From Tubiluchus corallicola (taxonomy: Eukaryota > Animalia > Priapulida), in NCBI GenBank assembly GCA_030141605.1, contig JAQGDQ010000759.1, positions 36,908 through 100,907 on the forward strand: a stretch of DNA of 64,000 bases, given 5' to 3'. Below, piece by piece: positions 37,180 to 49,564 of the stretch. The notes under the pieces are model-generated. The model searched no databases and had not been told where the DNA came from. It saw only the letters and a list, made by a program, of their open reading frames with translations. The stretch's first letter is position 1. Each line of letters starts with the position of its first letter. A program made the position numbers and the translations under genes.

Positions 37180-39339
37180 ATCGGTTAACAGTGAAATTTA
37201 GGTAACCATCAGCTGAAATTGGGCGAACTTTGATCTGTTTCACAACCTTTAGGCGAACCGTCTATTTAAAAATTTGATGTCATAAACTATGTTATAAATG
37301 TGTTTTTCTTACAATCTTACAAACAGATGGAACTGTAGATAACTTTTCCAAACAAGCATTTATTAAAAATAATAAATTATTATTATTATTATTACTACTA
37401 CTACTACTATTATTATTGTTATTATTACCAGCTAAAACACGCTGGGTTGTTTTTTTTGTATCGTGATATTTTTAGTATTGTTTGTTTGAATTTACTTTTT
37501 TCATTCATTAAGATACATATTTTTAATTAGTACAGCAGTTTATAAATAATTAGTTTAGTTAAAACTTTTTTATTTACAGTGGGATTTACAAAACAGACCT
37601 TGTCTGATACAGGTATCTCCACGTTTATAAATAATTATAGTCATACAGACTACAGTTGGCCCTATACTAATTATTTTTTTGCTTAGTGCAACAGAAAATG
37701 TAACTACATGTAAGAACAAGTGTGATTGATAGGTGGCGTATACTACTAAAGCTTAGGTCACATGACTAAGGCTGGCTTCGTTTTAAACACTTTCAGGAAA
37801 TGCATGTTTGTAAAAATGCGAAGAGAAAACAAATAATTATAGAATGCTAGATTAAATTGCTCGACACCAACAAACGGATAAACATTTTCCGAGGAGAATA
37901 AGAATTTTTTAAAATTGGGCGCTTAAAATATGGCGCCCCTTGAAACTTCATCGCCCTAGGCTATAGCCTAGTTAGCCTATTGGTTAATTCACCCCTGCCA
38001 GCCTATAGGGTAATCCAGGCCTTCAAAATGCAACAACACTTCAAAAGTCAAAGCGGAAATTATATAAATCATTATAAACCTTCCCAGCAAGATGCATTTG
38101 ATTATGAACGATTTATTGTTTTACAAACTCCATAAGTGTGTAAGGTAAAATTAATCTTTATTCTCTTGACGTATAAACAAGGTGAAACAGCTTGCTTAAT
38201 GTGCTTGACGGTTTAAATTTGTTGCAAAATGATTGAATTCACTTGTACCAATCTCACCTGTGGCCACGTTAAACTACTTAAGCAATTATTTTCCTCGTGT
38301 TGTGTTGTTATTAATGATAGCCTATAAATTTGATTTGTTCCTATATTTCCTAATGTTTCTGTTGTGAAAACTTACAAGCACGTACAATTAACAACTTCTA
38401 CCCTTCCTGTGTGATCTAACCTTTCTCCCAGTTCTTTTTTTGTTCGCTCATCCATTCTTTTTTCATCGGGTTCACATGACAGTGGGCTTATAGAAGCCTT
38501 TGCTTCTCTAGCCCCACTGCTGTACAATTATTCTTTGAAATATAATTGTGACAATAGACAATACTTAATTATGACAATAGACAATACATTTATGACAATT
38601 AACACTTCAAATTACCATTAGAGTTACAATTCGCAACAACATTGTGAGAGACTACTACTTCATGATGCCCAAAGTCAAAAAATTCATGTTTGAGTAGCTT
38701 TATTACGTTTTATCTGTAAGAAAAATCATAACAAAATATAACAAACTAATTTGAACCAAAAAAGAAACAAAGAAATTAATAATAAAGTGAGACTGAATAA
38801 TCAAAATAAACTTACATCATGGCTCTACTACTCTTGACAAATAAATGGTTTAACTGAGACAAAACAACAACAACAACAACTTTCTTAGCCAAGAACAGAC
38901 TGCCAACAGACCAGGTAAACTAGCTCTGTCAGTAGAGCATGACAGAAAGAAGCCAAGTCAAGACATAGATACGAATGCAGTTAAAGGACAGTATAGGGGG
39001 GTTTACAGAATGAGAGAACACTGAAGTAGTAAAATAACCTAAAATCCTTCACAAACATAATTCGACTGCTGACTATCTATGTAAGTAAGCCTAATTGTGT
39101 AGATTTATCAGTACCAGCTGCTGCGTTAGCAAAAGACGTCTTCATTTTGCCAATACGGTGTGTTCATCTTTACTACTACACGTACTTAACCTAGTAAACT
39201 GGAACTGTTAAATAAATTCTTATTTCTTGTGTTGATAATTTGCAGAAACTGTTAATATTGGACTCCTGTCCGCTTTTAACGGAGGCAGGACGGATGGCAC
39301 CGCGGCCCACACGGTGCGCCATGTCCCAATTTTCTCGCG

Positions 39340-39642
39340 TCATTTTTTGTTCTCACCTCTCTTCTCTCCTTTCCTCTCTTCCCTCTTCTCCTCCCCTCTC
39401 CTACTTTTTCTCATCTCCTGTCTCTTTTTCTTTGTCATTCGCTCCTCTTCCCTTTCCTCGCCTCGCCTCGCCTCTTCCTTCTCTTCCCTGCTGCTCTTCC
39501 TTTTCCTCTCCTCCGCCTTTTCTTTTCCCTTCTGCCCTTTCTTCTTTCCGCTCTTTTCCTCTTCTCCCCTCTCCGCTTCTCTCCTCTTCTCTCCTTTCCT
39601 CCCCACTCTCCTCCCATTCTTTCCACTCCTTTCCTTGTCCTC
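39340..39642. repeat. Polypyrimidine low-complexity tract
   Basis: About 300 bp of almost only C/T on the plus strand. Confidence 0.9.
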
Positions 39643-40565
39643 ATATTGTGCAAAACAGTACGATGTTTCTAAATTGAATGTTATTCTCACTAGCTCTAAC
39701 AGGCGGGCAAGCATCGTAGTTCCATTCTTTTCGGAATGAAGCCAGCTTATTGCGCGTGCGCAAAGATTTGGTGGTGGACAACGGAGCGCTTTGAAATATA
39801 GAAAACTTAGGCTGCGTGCACACACGTGCGATTAATCAACTGGGATTTGCAGGAAAAAGTATTTCCTCGTGATCCGCATGCATATCCTCCTGGAGTGGCT
39901 CATTTCTTGCAGTGATGTTTTTCTTTGATGGGTGATAAAGGTTTTCGTGATTTATGGGAGAAAACGGTTGCTTTTAACATTTCGACGGTTTTTATATGAA
40001 GCTTTCAAGCAGTTCCTCTCGTGCGGAACTTCTGTGTAGTTTGGTGTCTTTTAACAAAAACTTCGTGAAGTTTTATGGATTACCGACTGAATACTTGAAA
40101 GTTACGAAAAACGACTGCAACACCTTCATTTACTTGCTTGCATTTGTTTTCTAATGAACAAGTCACTAAAGGTTTATTTTCGGAAAAGGTTTTCTAAATT
40201 GCTACAAGATCTGCAGACGTAGAGTAGCTTACACGCTTGCAAGCTAGCGGAAGTGAAGACTTAAGTAAAGTAGAAACGTAAATTAGTGACATGTTATTAC
40301 GTTGCTGTAAGTGTAAGTGTTATTTATATAAAACTGTATTCGGGATTAGCTAGTAATGATGAATTAGCTATAAAGAAAGCTTCGCTGAACATGATAAGTG
40401 TGAAGCCTTGTGTAGAGTGTAGAGAGGTTTAACTCTTATGAACCAATTAATGTACCATCAACAGCGACATCTTACTGAAACATCTTTGCTCCTCAATGCA
40501 ACTGAAGTAATCTTATAAGGGTTTCTCCAAAACATTATCTCGCTTTCAAATCAGTTAGACAAAGT

Positions 40566-40960
40566 ATGGATCCATACGTGGAACTGATCACAAGTGAAGA
40601 GGACTATGACATGTTGATGAACCCCTCGACGGTTGAAAACTACGCCATGCACTGTGCTAGACTGAGCGTGTTCTTCGTCACCCTGGTGGTGGGAGTGGTC
40701 AGCAACGCTGTGGTCATCCTCTGCGTGGTCCTCAGCGGCATTCTGGTCATCACATCGAGGAACATCACCAGCAACTTGCTAGCCAATCTGGCCTTTGCTG
40801 ACCTGGTTTTCCTGACTTTCGTCCTGCCTCTGACCATCACCCAGAATCTGCCGCCATATTACTGGACGGCCGGCGAGACGTGGTGCAAGTTACACGCATT
40901 CATAAAGAATGTCTCTATTTCGGCAGCTGTTTTCAGTCTCACTGTAATTAGCATAGAAAG
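40566..40960 (+). CDS. Class A (rhodopsin-like) GPCR, peptide-receptor-like, coding exon 1 (TM1-TM3)
   Basis: TM1 GVVSNAVVI, TM2 NLAFADLVF..LP, ECL1 WxxGxxWCK, TM3 ending SIER; AG|GTACGA donor inside the ERY motif. Confidence 0.93.
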
Positions 40961-41811
40961 GTACGAAATCTATGATATTATGATAAAAACAGAACAATAA
41001 TTCATCATCATCCAGTAAAAACAGTCCCTTAATTAAAACTTCTGAACTTCTTTCTAATTCATTTCTTTTCTCTTTTTCTCTATCTCTGTCTATTATTTTA
41101 TCTTAACTACTCCCTGTTTTTCTATAATTCTCTCTCTTGTAAATTAAGTCGTTTTTTTTCACTTTTCATGGTGGTCTTACAAGCTTTGCTTCTTGACCAC
41201 CATGCAGCATCTATTTCTTGTTGACAAACTATTATGTAGTTTAGTAAATATGTTAGTATACTTCTGTTAAATTTTTGTAATTATATTTGGAATTTTTCCC
41301 TAACTATACCATGCTATAGTATACTAATGTAGTTCTGTTACAATTGTTGTAACTGTATTTCATTTTCCTAGTTATAGCGCGTAATACTTAAAGATAATAA
41401 TGCAAATTGTAAGGTAAAAATACATACTGGAGTGATAATAAATTACAATTACAAAAAAATTAGCTCGTAACTCTTCGTTCAATTAGACGTGTTTCTAAAA
41501 GAGACCCACGTCATCCAGTAGCCAGGTTTCTCCTTCACAGATTTGCCTCGAAGACTCCAAAGAAGCGTGTTAGGGCGTTCTTTTGTACATGATGTTCCTC
41601 TTCTCCCCCAGTTAAATTTGGGTACATATATGTGTACATGCATATCATTGTATATACAAGTAAGCAATATGGTGCATTGACAGATAATCACATAATTCAT
41701 GTTCATAACTATTTGAAAAAAATTTCACTCTTTAAGGCTCACTCAAAGTCGTAATTACATATTATGTTTTCCTTTCTCAACTTTCAGGTTTATTGCTCTT
41801 ATACCATTGCT

Positions 41812-42226
41812 ATTATTACACCATTTACTTCATCCTTATTTACATTAAGTTATCTACAGAAGCATGCATAACTATAATCATTTTTTCATTTAAGTAAGGT
41901 GAGTGTGTTAATGCCGTATGGTCGTACACTCACCTTGCACTACTCAAATTATTACACCATTTACTTCATCCTTATTTACATTAAGTTATCTACAGAAGCA
42001 TGCATAACTATAATCATTTTTTCATTTAAGTAAGGTGAGTGTGTTAATGACTGTGTGGTCGTACACTCACCTCGCACTACTCAAATTATTACACCATTTA
42101 CTTCATCCTTATTTACATTAAGTTATCTACAGAAGCATGCATAACTATAATCATTTTTTCATTTAAGTAAGGTGAGTGTGTTAATGCCGTATGGTCGTAC
42201 ACTCACCTCGCACTACTCAAATTATT
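41812..42226. repeat. ~137-bp tandem repeat x3, each unit with a stem-loop
   Basis: ATTATTACACC recurs at 41812, 41948 and 42085; AGGTGAGTGT...ACACTCACCT hairpin in each unit. Confidence 0.95.
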
Positions 42227-42945
42227 TTATTTAAAATTTATTAATGTGTTTGTTATTGTATTTTTTGATGTGTGAAATAAAATTCATAGTTCGCGAACCG
42301 TGGGCGACTTCCAAACATGGCCACTTTTGTCCATTCAATTAAATTCAATTTATTTAGTAACTCCTCAAGAATTAACAAAATGCAGTATTAGGAATACATG
42401 CAATTACGTAACAAAGAAGGGCAGCGAAGAACACGTAGGTTATCTAGCCATTGCAGGAACATCGTGTACTAAAATGTCATGGCTGTGCTTGATAGGGGTA
42501 TAGAAGCAAATTTATAACTCTTTGGAAAGAAAACAAAACGAAGCTGCACGATGATGTGGCTTCTTTTAGAAACACCTCTGCCACGATATAAGACTAGATG
42601 TAGTTCATTTGGGGAAGTTTGTATGTCGGTACGTCTTTCTGGACGATCCAATATTAAACCGAGCCAACAAAAGTTGAATTTTAATAACTTACACTCTAGA
42701 GGCAGTTGGTTCAAATCCACTTGTTTATTTTCATTACTTTCAATCTTTTCATATTGCCTTGAATGTGATTAAACTTGGTGTCAGAAGACTGGTAATCGAA
42801 AGTTCGTCAAACTAATAGTTAAAAATCTTGAAATTAGAATGACATTATGTCATTACGGGCGAAAGCGAGTGGTCACAAGTGTGCTTAGAAACTGAAGTTA
42901 CGAAAAGCCGAGTCTGGCCAGTAATTCATGGATTTGAATTTTTTG

Positions 42946-43459
42946 ATTTAATATTTTATTTCAAACTTTACAAAGTTCATACACACATCACAACTTAATA
43001 CAAATAATATAATAGATCATGACACACAACAATAACACAAATAACAATTAATGATATAACAAACTACGCCAATGACATCTAATTACAGAAGTAAAGTTTG
43101 CATCACTGTTTAAAATGTTCTTGCATATAACATTTTCACTCTTATTCAGCCTGACGTGCAAACTGTATGCACATTTTCTGTGAATCACATAAAATAAATA
43201 ATATTAAGTCTAGTAGAAATATATCTAGCGCTCGTATCATATGACAAGTTAAACAGCTTCCGTGTTGATACATTATATGCAACCTTAAGTTTGCTAAGAT
43301 TGTAAGAATAAAAATGTCTCCAAGTGGACATACAATAAAAAGTAGTGGAGTAAGCATTAAACAATTGTCTCTTCACGTTAACTGAACAGTGAGTAAATTT
43401 CATGAGTAATTTATTTGCTCTACCGTAGTAAATTGAACATTGTCGTAATATATCTAAAT
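42946..43459 (-). mobile_element. Non-LTR retrotransposon 3' fragment, copy 1
   Basis: YGRANKLLMKFTHCSVNVKRQLFNAY; homologous to 55432-55882; abuts a hAT fragment. Confidence 0.8.
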
Positions 43460-43800
43460 CAGGGGTGTCCAACCTTTTTGAACTGAGGGCCAAGTGTACA
43501 ACCTTCAAAGTAGTCGCGGGCCGGATTAGCAATTTCACAACCACAAAAAGACAATGAAGCACAAAATACATTTTATGTTACATTTAAGCTAGAAGAGACA
43601 GTCTTGTAAGTTTATGCTTTTGATCAGTTTAATGTGAAATCTGGCACTGCTGTTGTTTACACAAGTAGTCTATGTCTGCTCCAACAGTAGAAGTCGCAAT
43701 GCGCAATGAAGCTGCCAAATGTTCGTCTGTAAGCAGAGATCTTGACTTTGATTTCGTGTTTTTCATTCTAGAAAACAGTTGCTCACAACAGTAGGTGCTT
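43460..43800 (-). mobile_element. hAT Charlie/Buster transposon 3' fragment with transposase C-terminus
   Basis: TIR CAGGGGTGTCCAACC; 43799-43629 reads STYCCEQLFSRMKNTKSKSRSLLTDEHLAASLRIATS...QCQISH*, the hAT dimerization region. Confidence 0.85.
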
Positions 43801-44361
43801 CTTTAGATTCTAAATCATCTCTATTGTTTTCTGATAAAATATAGAGGACTTCGGGGAACACTTAACTGACACAGTTGAACTCATTAAATTTTAAACATTT
43901 TCCGTTTGACGTATTACACAGCATATGAAGCAAAACCAAATATTTACATTCGACGGTCTACTTATGAAAGTTTGTTCCCTATCAAAAAATTTCACTTAAA
44001 ACCGAAAATGGGTGACATCATGCCACGCAGCAAATATTGTAGCCCTAGCTAAAATGTTGAAGCAGAAAAAAATTCAAAACACACAAGTATCTACTGATCT
44101 TGAGACTGGCACAAGAGAACTGTGTAGTATGTACACTCGTAACCATGGTTACGCGTACAAACAAAAATGTTGCAAACTGAAAATCATAAACGTTCACCAA
44201 CCTGGAGACGCCATTTTGCTGCTCACAACTTCACAATATCTAAACTTTAACGGGAAGAGATAGATCCCACGAAACCACACACTGCACCTATACAGCTGAA
44301 CGGAGAAGATGCAGACAACGAAGATGCAGACAACTGATCAAGGGCCAGGTAGTTGAACAAT

Positions 44362-44913
44362 GTTGTTGGCATCCTTCTGTCTCGGAAGACAATGGAGTGT
44401 GCGCCAAGAGAGTCAGTTATTGATCACATTGATGGAGCTGCAGCGTCGACTGTGGCTAAGCAGTGTGATCCTTGAACGTCTCCAGTGCGCACGCCAGGGC
44501 AAGGTGTATGGAGATCCTGAGTTGCCCAGACAGCAGGAACCCCCCTCTCTTCCTCCCTGGTGTAGTCCAAAGGAAAGCAGTGCGATACGTTTGGCACCAG
44601 GTTGGCTGCAGGAGCTGCCGAAGTCAGTGAGCATGCTGCACTGGTCCGCCATCGGGGCTCCACTCCTGATTTGGAGGGTTTACTCCTCCACACATGGCCG
44701 TTGGGTCACCTGACCTCCTCTGCCCTCTAGCCGTTGGCTGCTTGTGCAGCTCCTCCGCCTAGTGTCGAGATACAGTTGTGGGCATCCCGCAACAAGCCTA
44801 CAGCACCTGGTATTCTTAGGCGGTCACCCATACAAGTACTAACTAGGCCTTACGTTGCTTAACTTTGGTAATCAGACGAGAACCGGTGTTTTCAACGTGA
44901 TATGGCCGTAGTC
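44362..44913 (-). mobile_element. Full-length 5S rRNA-derived SINE (SINE3-type)
   Basis: 5S head 44795-44913, ~430-bp body, (CAA)-type tail, 11-bp TSD AGTTGAACAAT at 44351-44361 and 44914-44924. Confidence 0.9.
44795..44913 (-). pseudogene. 5S rRNA-like sequence forming the SINE head (not a 5S gene array)
   Basis: Reverse complement GACTACGGCCATATCACGTTGAAAACACCGGTTCTCGTCTGATTACCAAAGTTAAGCAACG...GTACTTGTATGGGTGACCGCCTAAGAATACCAGGTGCTGTAGGCT; 119 nt; no T-run terminator. Confidence 0.9.
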
Positions 44914-45756
44914 AGTTGAACAATAAGCAACATCGATTTGAACAACCTTACTATAGATCCATAAGTACTCAAACAAATTGTTGAAATGTAGCCCGTCTGT
45001 TTCAGAATCAGATATGCGGTTATGTTGGCGAAAAATTGCACTCAAAAGCTTTTCTGCACAATTTAATATCAGTTTAGATGAAAATACTGTGTTACGTAAT
45101 TCAATTTGTACGTTAAAATCCAGGAGGGTTGAATGTGTACATCACTAAAGCGTGGGTGGAAATTGAAAGAAAAGATTTGCCATTATGTGGAATTTCAACT
45201 GATCTATTTCGCAATTTTGGGTTGTGTTAAGATGAATGTCTTCAAATGAGCCTAACGCGTGAAATGCAGGTTAAGCTGAAAATATTGATTTCATAACTGG
45301 AGAAATATTCTTTTGATTTCAAAAATTCTAAAGTCATTTTTCTTTCGAATGAGGGTGTGGTGGCGCGCCACGATTGCTAATTTTTAGCACGCAACAAAAT
45401 TACAAATAGGGTACAATGCTGTATCCCCTTTCAAGCGGGTCTTTTACTAAACACGAGCTGAGACGTCTGAGTCAAAGAAACATTCAAAAACCAGCCTCCC
45501 GCATCTTCACAAACGTTGAGGTTGTACAGCTCGGGTTGTGGAGTTACATAATTAATGACGTTGAAGCAGGTATTTAATTACTGATCTAACATAGGCTGCT
45601 GCGCTCTCAGCCAAGCTTTGACATTGGTGAAAGGGGGGGGGGGCGGAGATTAAATATGGTATTGAAGGAGTTGCTGCAAACTTTTAATACGAGCGTCATC
45701 TACTTCATTTACATTTGTTAGAACACTCGCTTTATCCAAAATACCAGTCGAGTTAA

Positions 45757-46230
45757 CCCTTTCCGTCCCAAATTATTTTTTTAATAAGAAAAAAAATTTT
45801 GGCTTGGTACTTTTGTTCAGTATATCCATCTTGTTTGCACATAATAATTATTTTTTTCTACCTGTGCCCACGTGCTAAATCTAGCCTGTATCCCACGGGA
45901 TACATTGGGATTCAATGGAAGCATAAAATGTGCTTCATTTTGCAACTGTTGATAATTTGTTAAAGTATTTAAGACATTTAGTATGCATGCTATGCTGATC
46001 TGTACAAAGTCGTCTCTAAAGTACTGTACCTTGCGCAGTTTTTTATGCTATGTAGATTTTCTAGTTTGCCATTTTATCACCATTTTTAGTTTATTGTTAT
46101 TGGCTTAAATCAAAATAACTATTTAACAGATCAAATAACTTTATTAATTAATAATTAATAAATTAATTTTATTAATTTTAAAGGCAGAAAATAATCTCGT
46201 ATCCCACGGGATACAACGGGTATGAAAGGG
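45757..46230. mobile_element. piggyBac-type MITE inserted in a LINE RT fragment
   Basis: TTAA|CCCTTTCCGTCCC ... GGGTATGAAAGGG|TTAT; palindrome GTATCCCACGGGATAC occurs twice. Confidence 0.8.
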
Positions 46231-46480
46231 TTATCATCCTGGTTATAGCACGCAATCTGCATTGCTAAGGGTGCATAATGATATAATGTTAACTTTGGAC
46301 AATCACCAGGAACTTATTTTGACTCTTCTGGGTTTATCTTCAGCTTTTGATAGCATAGATCTTGAAATTTTGTTACAGCGGTTAGAACACAGATTTGGTA
46401 TCAAATCAGTAGATTTATCCTGGTTCAGATCGTACATTGTTGATAGATCCCAAAGTGTTTGTATAAATTCCTGGTTTTTT
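46231..46480 (+). mobile_element. L2/CR1-type reverse transcriptase fragment
   Basis: YHPGYSTQSALLRVHNDI...LLGLSSAFDSID...WFRSYIVDRSQSV. Confidence 0.85.
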
Positions 46481-46864
46481 TCTTTTGTCAAAGATGATTT
46501 TAATGAAATCTGATAAAATTAAGATTAACTAATTAAGTATTAGGCCTTTATTTCCTAATTGTACTTGCTTAAATCGGAGAGTATGCTAAATTTATAAACT
46601 GTTACTAAACTAAACTATTTTATGTTTACTGCCCATTCATGGACTATCATTATCATAACTCCCAGCTTGGAAACATTGTTGATTTTAAGTTACATACCTA
46701 AACCCCAGAGAACTAAAATTTGATACACTGCGTGACTTCTCGTTGCCGTGCTCGTATAACAACGTTGCCGTACACATTACAACTACTCTATTTTCGCTTT
46801 GTTTTTTTCATTTTTTTCTCTGCTTGATTCTTTTCCTACTTATTTATCTTTTACTTCTCTTATG

Positions 46865-47250
46865 CGATGACCACATCTCAAACTAACTGCATTTGTCCTG
46901 TGTGTAATAAAACCGTGGTATAATCAGGTGGATTGTGTTGTTACTGCTGCAATAGATGACTTCATCTTAAGTAAATGTACTTACTTAACTGTAAATGATT
47001 ACGAAGCCTTGGCCGCAGAAACTGATGAATGGTTTTACCACGTTTGTTTTTAGAAAATTTTCCCATTTAATCATTTAACTGACGATGACGATTTTAATCA
47101 TGTTATAAGAAATTCGCTGCTTGATTCTATAATTTGTAACGATCAGTATAATTTAGATCTTTTCCAAACAACACTAATAGTGGATCAACCTCTTGCTCCT
47201 GTGGCGTACCACAGGGTAGTGTTCTGGATCCTTTTCTTTTTATTCTTATT
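46865..47250 (+). mobile_element. Decayed CR1/L2-group LINE fragments (PHD finger plus RT motif)
   Basis: CPVCNK...WF..IFPFNHL remnant with stop codons, then CGVPQGSVLDP. Confidence 0.65.
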
Positions 47251-48675
47251 CTACTCCTCTGGAAGATAGCATAACCAATTGTGGCCTTGATGTGATGTCC
47301 GAAAGAAATATGAGACAGGAACATCATATAGCTGTGGATAGAGCTTTGCTATCAGTGCAGAATGCATGCGACCAAAATTAACTTTTCTACTAAAGAAGCT
47401 CATACAAGCTACATAAAAGCTACAGTTTTCTACTCTGTCCTATTAGTTTAACGTGTTCTTTGCGGCTGTCAAGATCTCTATCTTCAAGACCACGTCTGCA
47501 AAGATGAGCCATAAAATAAAACGTTAAGGTTAATCTGGATACTAAACTCTTCCACGACATCTCAGAAGTGTCTTTTGAAAGAAAATGATCGCTACACGTA
47601 GTAAGTTCGAAACATGAACACTGAACGATTCGCTGACAGACATTTATACTTACGGTAAACACAGCGTTTAACATGTAACAAACATCTGATAATAAATTAT
47701 CCTTTTCTAGATTTTGATCCCGCCACACATAGTCATTATACATTAGCAGTTGCTGTTAAGTACCGGTTTGAAGTGTGCCAAGATACCTTAAGGTCAACAA
47801 CAGTTCACGAGGACAATCAGTGATTCTCGAACATTTCACGTAGTTATAATAATTGCTAGAAAAGACCATCATTCGTTCCAGTCCTCTTATAGGCGAGTAA
47901 AGTTTCCGCTCACTGTTTCACAGCAGGATAAACTGCAACAATAACGAGTAAAAGAGAGACAGTTCTCACTTTCATTACCCTGAAATCCACCGTGTAAAGT
48001 TACTGAAACATTTATGAGAGGGGCTAAGTGTTGTCAATTCTCGTCGGTGCAACTAATTTCAGATTTTGTCCTACACAACAGACTTGGTTAATTGAGGAGT
48101 TTCTAAAATGGGAAAGTTCTGACGCATGCGTATAATTCCCAAGGTGCATGTCTGTACACAACGTAATGTATTGTACGCAGCTTTTGTAATAGCAAAATCA
48201 TATATGCACTGCTTTCTCAGTCTTTGCTTATTCCTACTCCAGACAATATCGGTGAAGGCTAAGTTTGCTCCCATTTTTGTACGAAAAAATGCAAGTTTTG
48301 TCTAGTTTGTTTACAGTGTGAAGCGCATTTCCTGCTCCTTTGCCCCATTTCTAGCCCAAACAAAATTTAATCGAAAAACTATAATGTAGTCCTTGTTATT
48401 GTGCAGTCCTCTAGCTGCAGGAGTTCACCAGAGGATCAACTTTAGGCCTACAGCAGTTGGGCTACTTCTACTAAAACTGATGTTTAGATGACTTGAAAAT
48501 TGATGTTTAATCGTTAAAACTCGATTTCTTTGAGCTGCGTGTAAACGTCAGTCTACCGAGGATAATTATGACTGATGGATGGAATAAAAATAACGATAGT
48601 GACCTCTTAAAAACACTGAACTGCTCATTTCATCTTATTTTGCAATTAATTGACGTTTTGTTTGTTTCACTAGAA

Positions 48676-49060
48676 TACTACAGTATCAGAAATTATGTTA
48701 CTACAGTTTCAGAAACTATGTTACTACAGTGTCAGAAACTACGTTACTACAGTGTCAGAAACCATGTTACTACAGTATCAGAAACTATGTTACTACAGTA
48801 TCAGAAACTATGTTACTACAACATCAGAAACTATGTTACTACAGTATCAGAAACTATGTTATTACAGTATCAGAAACTATGTTACTACAACATCAGAAAC
48901 TATGTTATTACAGTATCAGAAACTATGTTACTACAACATCAGAAACTATGTTATTACAGTATCAGAAACTATGTTACTACAGTATCAGAAACTATGTTAT
49001 TACAGTATCAGAAACTATGTTACTACAGTATCAGAAACTACGTTATTACCGTATCAGAAA
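48676..49060. repeat. 23-bp minisatellite, ~17 copies
   Basis: Unit TACTACAGTATCAGAAACTATGT. Confidence 0.97.
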
Positions 49061-49328
49061 GAGTAAAAAATGTAAAAAATTTATGCCGATTGTTTCCCTT
49101 GCTCCCCCTATTAGCTACGTCACTAACTGTGACTATTGTTTCATGATCGCTTGTGCATTTGTGTTTTTCATGGTATAATAATGGCGACGCATTCAGCCTG
49201 TTTTCTACGCCAAACGCAGGAAAAACTCACTGCTTATTACGTTACAGCCCGGAATTTTCCACTTGACACTTTGATAACACCTGTATCAGCCGTAATTTGG
49301 TTTTAGTAATGTGTGGTTCTGCTTACAG

Positions 49329-49452
49329 ATACGTGGTTATCGTGCATCCTCTGAAATCTTTAACGTTTTGTACGACCGTCAAGAGTAAATTAGTGATCGT
49401 GGGAGTCTGGGTAGTCAGTTTGTTACTAAGCATACCCGCTGGACTAGTCTAT
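49329..49452 (+). CDS. Class A GPCR coding exon 2 (ICL2-TM4); gene presumably continues beyond the window
   Basis: TTACAG acceptor completes R-Y; YVVIVHPLKSLTFCTTVKSKLVIVGVWVVSLLLSIPAGLVY; GTGAGT donor. No further in-frame exon recognised before 64000. Confidence 0.92.
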
Positions 49453-49564
49453 GTGAGTATACATTATTTTTTCTCACTTTATACGCTATGGTTTGTTTCG
49501 TATTGACGAAATCGGATTTTGATTTTGTAGGCCTGCAGGCCACAGATACTGTGAGGCCCTGGCC

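Noticed and set aside
39240-39825. Ser/Pro-rich and Lys/Glu-rich ORFs
   Set aside because: Artefacts of a polypyrimidine tract.
44795-44913. Functional 5S rRNA gene
   Set aside because: Single copy, no terminator, fused to a SINE body and enclosed by a TSD.
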